Shown piece by piece: positions 61,689 to 64,000 of a stretch of 64,000 bases of DNA. The notes beneath the pieces were generated by a model, which was given only the letters and a program-made list of their open reading frames with translations, ran no database searches and was not told the DNA's origin. The stretch lies in assembly GCA_963806225.1 (NCBI GenBank), contig CAWDXG010000001.1, positions 1,056,001-1,120,000 on the forward strand, written 5' to 3'. The position numbers and the translations under genes were made by a program. Numbering within the stretch: position 1 is the first letter of the stretch; the number at the start of each line of letters is the position of its first letter. The DNA comes from an uncultured delta proteobacterium (GTDB lineage Bacteria; Myxococcota_A; Polyangia; Polyangiales; Polyangiaceae).

Positions 61689-62138
61689 GTGGTAGCCTTC
61701 CGCGTGGCTCGGCAGAAGAAGTTGATCCTGCTCTGGCTGCTCTGCGCGGTGCCGGCGACGGCGCTCGGGGGTGCGGTGGCGGCCGTCGTGATCTACGCCG
61801 TCGTGCGGTCGAACGGATTCTTCTCTCTCCCCCTGCCCGAGGACGCGCTCCTCGGCGGCATCTACGGCGCGGGCTGGGCGGTGTGCATTGCGCTGCCGCA
61901 TTGGCTGGTGGTGTCGGCGTGGGTCAAGCTGGTTGGCAGCTCGGAGCGCACGCGTGCCGCTCTACTTGTCGGCATGCTCGTCTGCGCGCTGCCGCAGGCC
62001 GTGGCGGCGACCGTAGCCACGCATACGACCGTGTTCCTACCCGCATGGCTCGCGGTCGCGTTCGGCCTGTGGCTACCGCGCGCTGTGGTTCCGCGTCTTC
62101 GTCCAGGGGCGTTCGCGGCGGAGCGTGCCGTCGCGTAG
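61689..62138 (+). CDS. Small membrane protein
   Basis: About 4 hydrophobic segments. Confidence 0.55.
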   Translation: MVAFRVARQKKLILLWLLCAVPATALGGAVAAVVIYAVVRSNGFFSLPLPEDALLGGIYGAGWAVCIALPHWLVVSAWVKLVGSSERTRAALLVGMLVCALPQAVAATVATHTTVFLPAWLAVAFGLWLPRAVVPRLRPGAFAAERAVA

Positions 62139-62177
62139 CGACGCCCCACGTGGGGGGCAGCCCATCGCGTGAGCCCG

Positions 62178-63065
62178 TCAGTCCCCGGGCGTGCGCTCGC
62201 GGATGCGCCGTGCCGCCCCGCGTCGACGCTCGAGCCCGCACGCGCCGAGCGCGGCCGCGAGGAGCAGCCAGGGCGCACCGGGCGCGTCGGGGCGTGAGCC
62301 GATGCTGCACCCTCCGCCCTTGGCCGGCACGGTGCTGCCTCGCGACAGCGACGACTGGGGGAGGGGAGCGCCTCCGATGCTGCACGCACCCCAGTCCTGC
62401 CACTGGCCGTCGCTGCCGCAGGTGCGCTCCTGGACGGCTCCCGGACCGCAGTCGATCCGGTCGACCTGAGCGGCGGTGCAGGGGCCTGATGAGCCAGGGG
62501 TCGACCCGGCATCCGCAGAGCTCGGCGCAACGAGCTTGATCGCGTCGAAGGCGATGTTCTTGCCCTGCTGGGCGGGGTCGGAGAAGTTGTCGCCGAGCCG
62601 CATCCACTGGTCGGCACCCGACGCGAACGAGAACGAGCCGAGCTTGAACCAGTCGCCGGCGTGGGCGGCTTGATCCACGGGCACCTTCTGCGTCGCCTCG
62701 CCGGCGAATTGCACCTTGTAGATGACCTCGTCGGAGAGGTTCGTCACGCTGCCCGGGATGTACGCCCAGACCTCGTAGCTTCCGGCCTGGGAGAAATCGA
62801 ACTTCCAGATGAGGCCCTGGGCGTAGTTCGGCGAAGGAACGTCCTGGGGCGTGGAGTACGCATGGCCGCCGTGACCGGTCGTGTCCACGAGCCCGCTGGC
62901 ACCGACCTGCTGACTGCAGGAATCGTCTTCTTCCAGAATCGTCTCGCCCGACGGGGCGACCGCGCACTGCGCGCGGGCCCGCTCGCCGAGCAGGACCACG
63001 CACGTCAGCGCGGCGGCGCCGATCAGCGTGCGCTGGGCGCGACCGCGACGCTTCAGAAGACGCAT
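62178..63065 (-). CDS. MYXO-CTERM surface protein with Golvesin-like carbohydrate-binding domain
   Basis: GSYEVWAYIP...VDQ..GDWFKLGSFSF...FDAIKL; GGGCSIG...LLLAAALG..RRR tail. Confidence 0.75.
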   Translation of the reverse strand: MRLLKRRGRAQRTLIGAAALTCVVLLGERARAQCAVAPSGETILEEDDSCSQQVGASGLVDTTGHGGHAYSTPQDVPSPNYAQGLIWKFDFSQAGSYEVWAYIPGSVTNLSDEVIYKVQFAGEATQKVPVDQAAHAGDWFKLGSFSFASGADQWMRLGDNFSDPAQQGKNIAFDAIKLVAPSSADAGSTPGSSGPCTAAQVDRIDCGPGAVQERTCGSDGQWQDWGACSIGGAPLPQSSLSRGSTVPAKGGGCSIGSRPDAPGAPWLLLAAALGACGLERRRGAARRIRERTPGD

Positions 63066-64000
63066 GACTGTCCCGGCGGCGTTCCGCAACAGAAGCCTGG
63101 CCCGCAGTGGTTGCTGCAACAGTCGGAGCCGGTAGTGCAGGCGTCGCCCGGCTGCGCACACGTCGAGCACTGATCGTCGTTGCCGGAGACGACCACGCAA
63201 CCGGAGGGGCAGGACTGCTGGGACGCCAGTTTTCCCACGACGCACGTGTACAGCGTGTCCAGACTGCCGTAGTTCAGCGCGCTGCCGCAGTACACGCCAT
63301 CCTTGCCGGCGCAGGGTCCCGTACCGGTCAGGCCGCCGCTGCCCGAGGTCCCGCCGCTGCCTCCGGCGCCGCCGGCCCCGCCCGCGCCCCCGGCCCCGCC
63401 CGCGCCGCCGGCCCCGCTCGCGCCGGCGCAGTAGCCGAAGCCGAAGGGGGCCGCGCCCGACCAGGGCGAGAACTTGCCGAGGCCAAACGTCTTGTCGAAC
63501 AGCGCCACGTGCGCTTCGGCGAGCTTGTAGTCCAGGCCAAGCTTCGGCACGAAGATCCCGAGCTTGGCCCCCGCGCCGGCCTCGAGGGTCGTGGACATGT
63601 CGACGTCGGTGCTGACCGTGGGCGAGCTGCTGCTCGGGTCGCACGTGACCGAAGCAGAAGCGCCCACCTTCTCTTCGGCCTTCACGTATACGTACGGCCC
63701 TGCGAGTCCATAGAAGATGAGCGAGAAGGTGGGCTCGATGGCACAGCTTGCCTCTGCCTTCAGCGCTCCGGTCAACGTCGGCCCGATGGGCTGCGTGTCG
63801 ACCTGGCGCTCGGCGATGGGCGACCAGCCTTCGTTCTTGCCGTCCTTCTGGTAGTGGACTCCGAGCTTCACGGTGGAGGTCTGCTTGAAGCCGGCCTTGG
63901 CCGTGACGCTGCCCTTGAAGGTGAATTTGCAGCTCAGGCCCAGATCGAACTGCAGCTGCGACACGACGGGTATGGGGATGGGCGTGGCGGGGATCCACAA
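63053..64000 (-). CDS. Secreted protein with Gly linker and Cys-rich C-terminus (5' outside window)
   Basis: Open frame to window end; GAGGAGG linker; DGVYCG...CCSNHC. Confidence 0.7.
   Translation of the reverse strand: MWIPATPIPIPVVSQLQFDLGLSCKFTFKGSVTAKAGFKQTSTVKLGVHYQKDGKNEGWSPIAERQVDTQPIGPTLTGALKAEASCAIEPTFSLIFYGLAGPYVYVKAEEKVGASASVTCDPSSSSPTVSTDVDMSTTLEAGAGAKLGIFVPKLGLDYKLAEAHVALFDKTFGLGKFSPWSGAAPFGFGYCAGASGAGGAGGAGGAGGAGGAGGSGGTSGSGGLTGTGPCAGKDGVYCGSALNYGSLDTLYTCVVGKLASQQSCPSGCVVVSGNDDQCSTCAQPGDACTTGSDCCSNHCGPGFCCGTPPGQSCVF

Overview
High-GC bacterial window, very likely myxobacterial (Polyangiaceae-like): Cys/Gly-rich lipoproteins, a MYXO-CTERM protein, PilZ-REC-DUF4388, a zinc-ribbon/GYF membrane protein and FHA-GGDEF. 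About 50 CDS are supportable, including purL, PolX-PHP, 6-phosphofructokinase, an RpoD-like sigma factor, GH3, GH5 and three DUF4139 paralogs. Several genes have 1-nt frameshifts that look like long-read errors. The strongest novel signal is a ~540-nt non-coding element at 31754-32295 (minus strand). It has a sigma54-type promoter whose predicted +1 falls on the first base of an 18-bp terminal helix enclosing many internal hairpins. It sits in a stress/dormancy cluster (host-attachment protein, PolX, USP, HPF-CSD, CBS, Pfk) where most units carry sigma54-like -24/-12 sites. Second, two DUF4139 genes 25 kb apart are almost identical in DNA except for a swapped ~75-nt central segment and the signal peptide. 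All calls are by eye; no searches were run.
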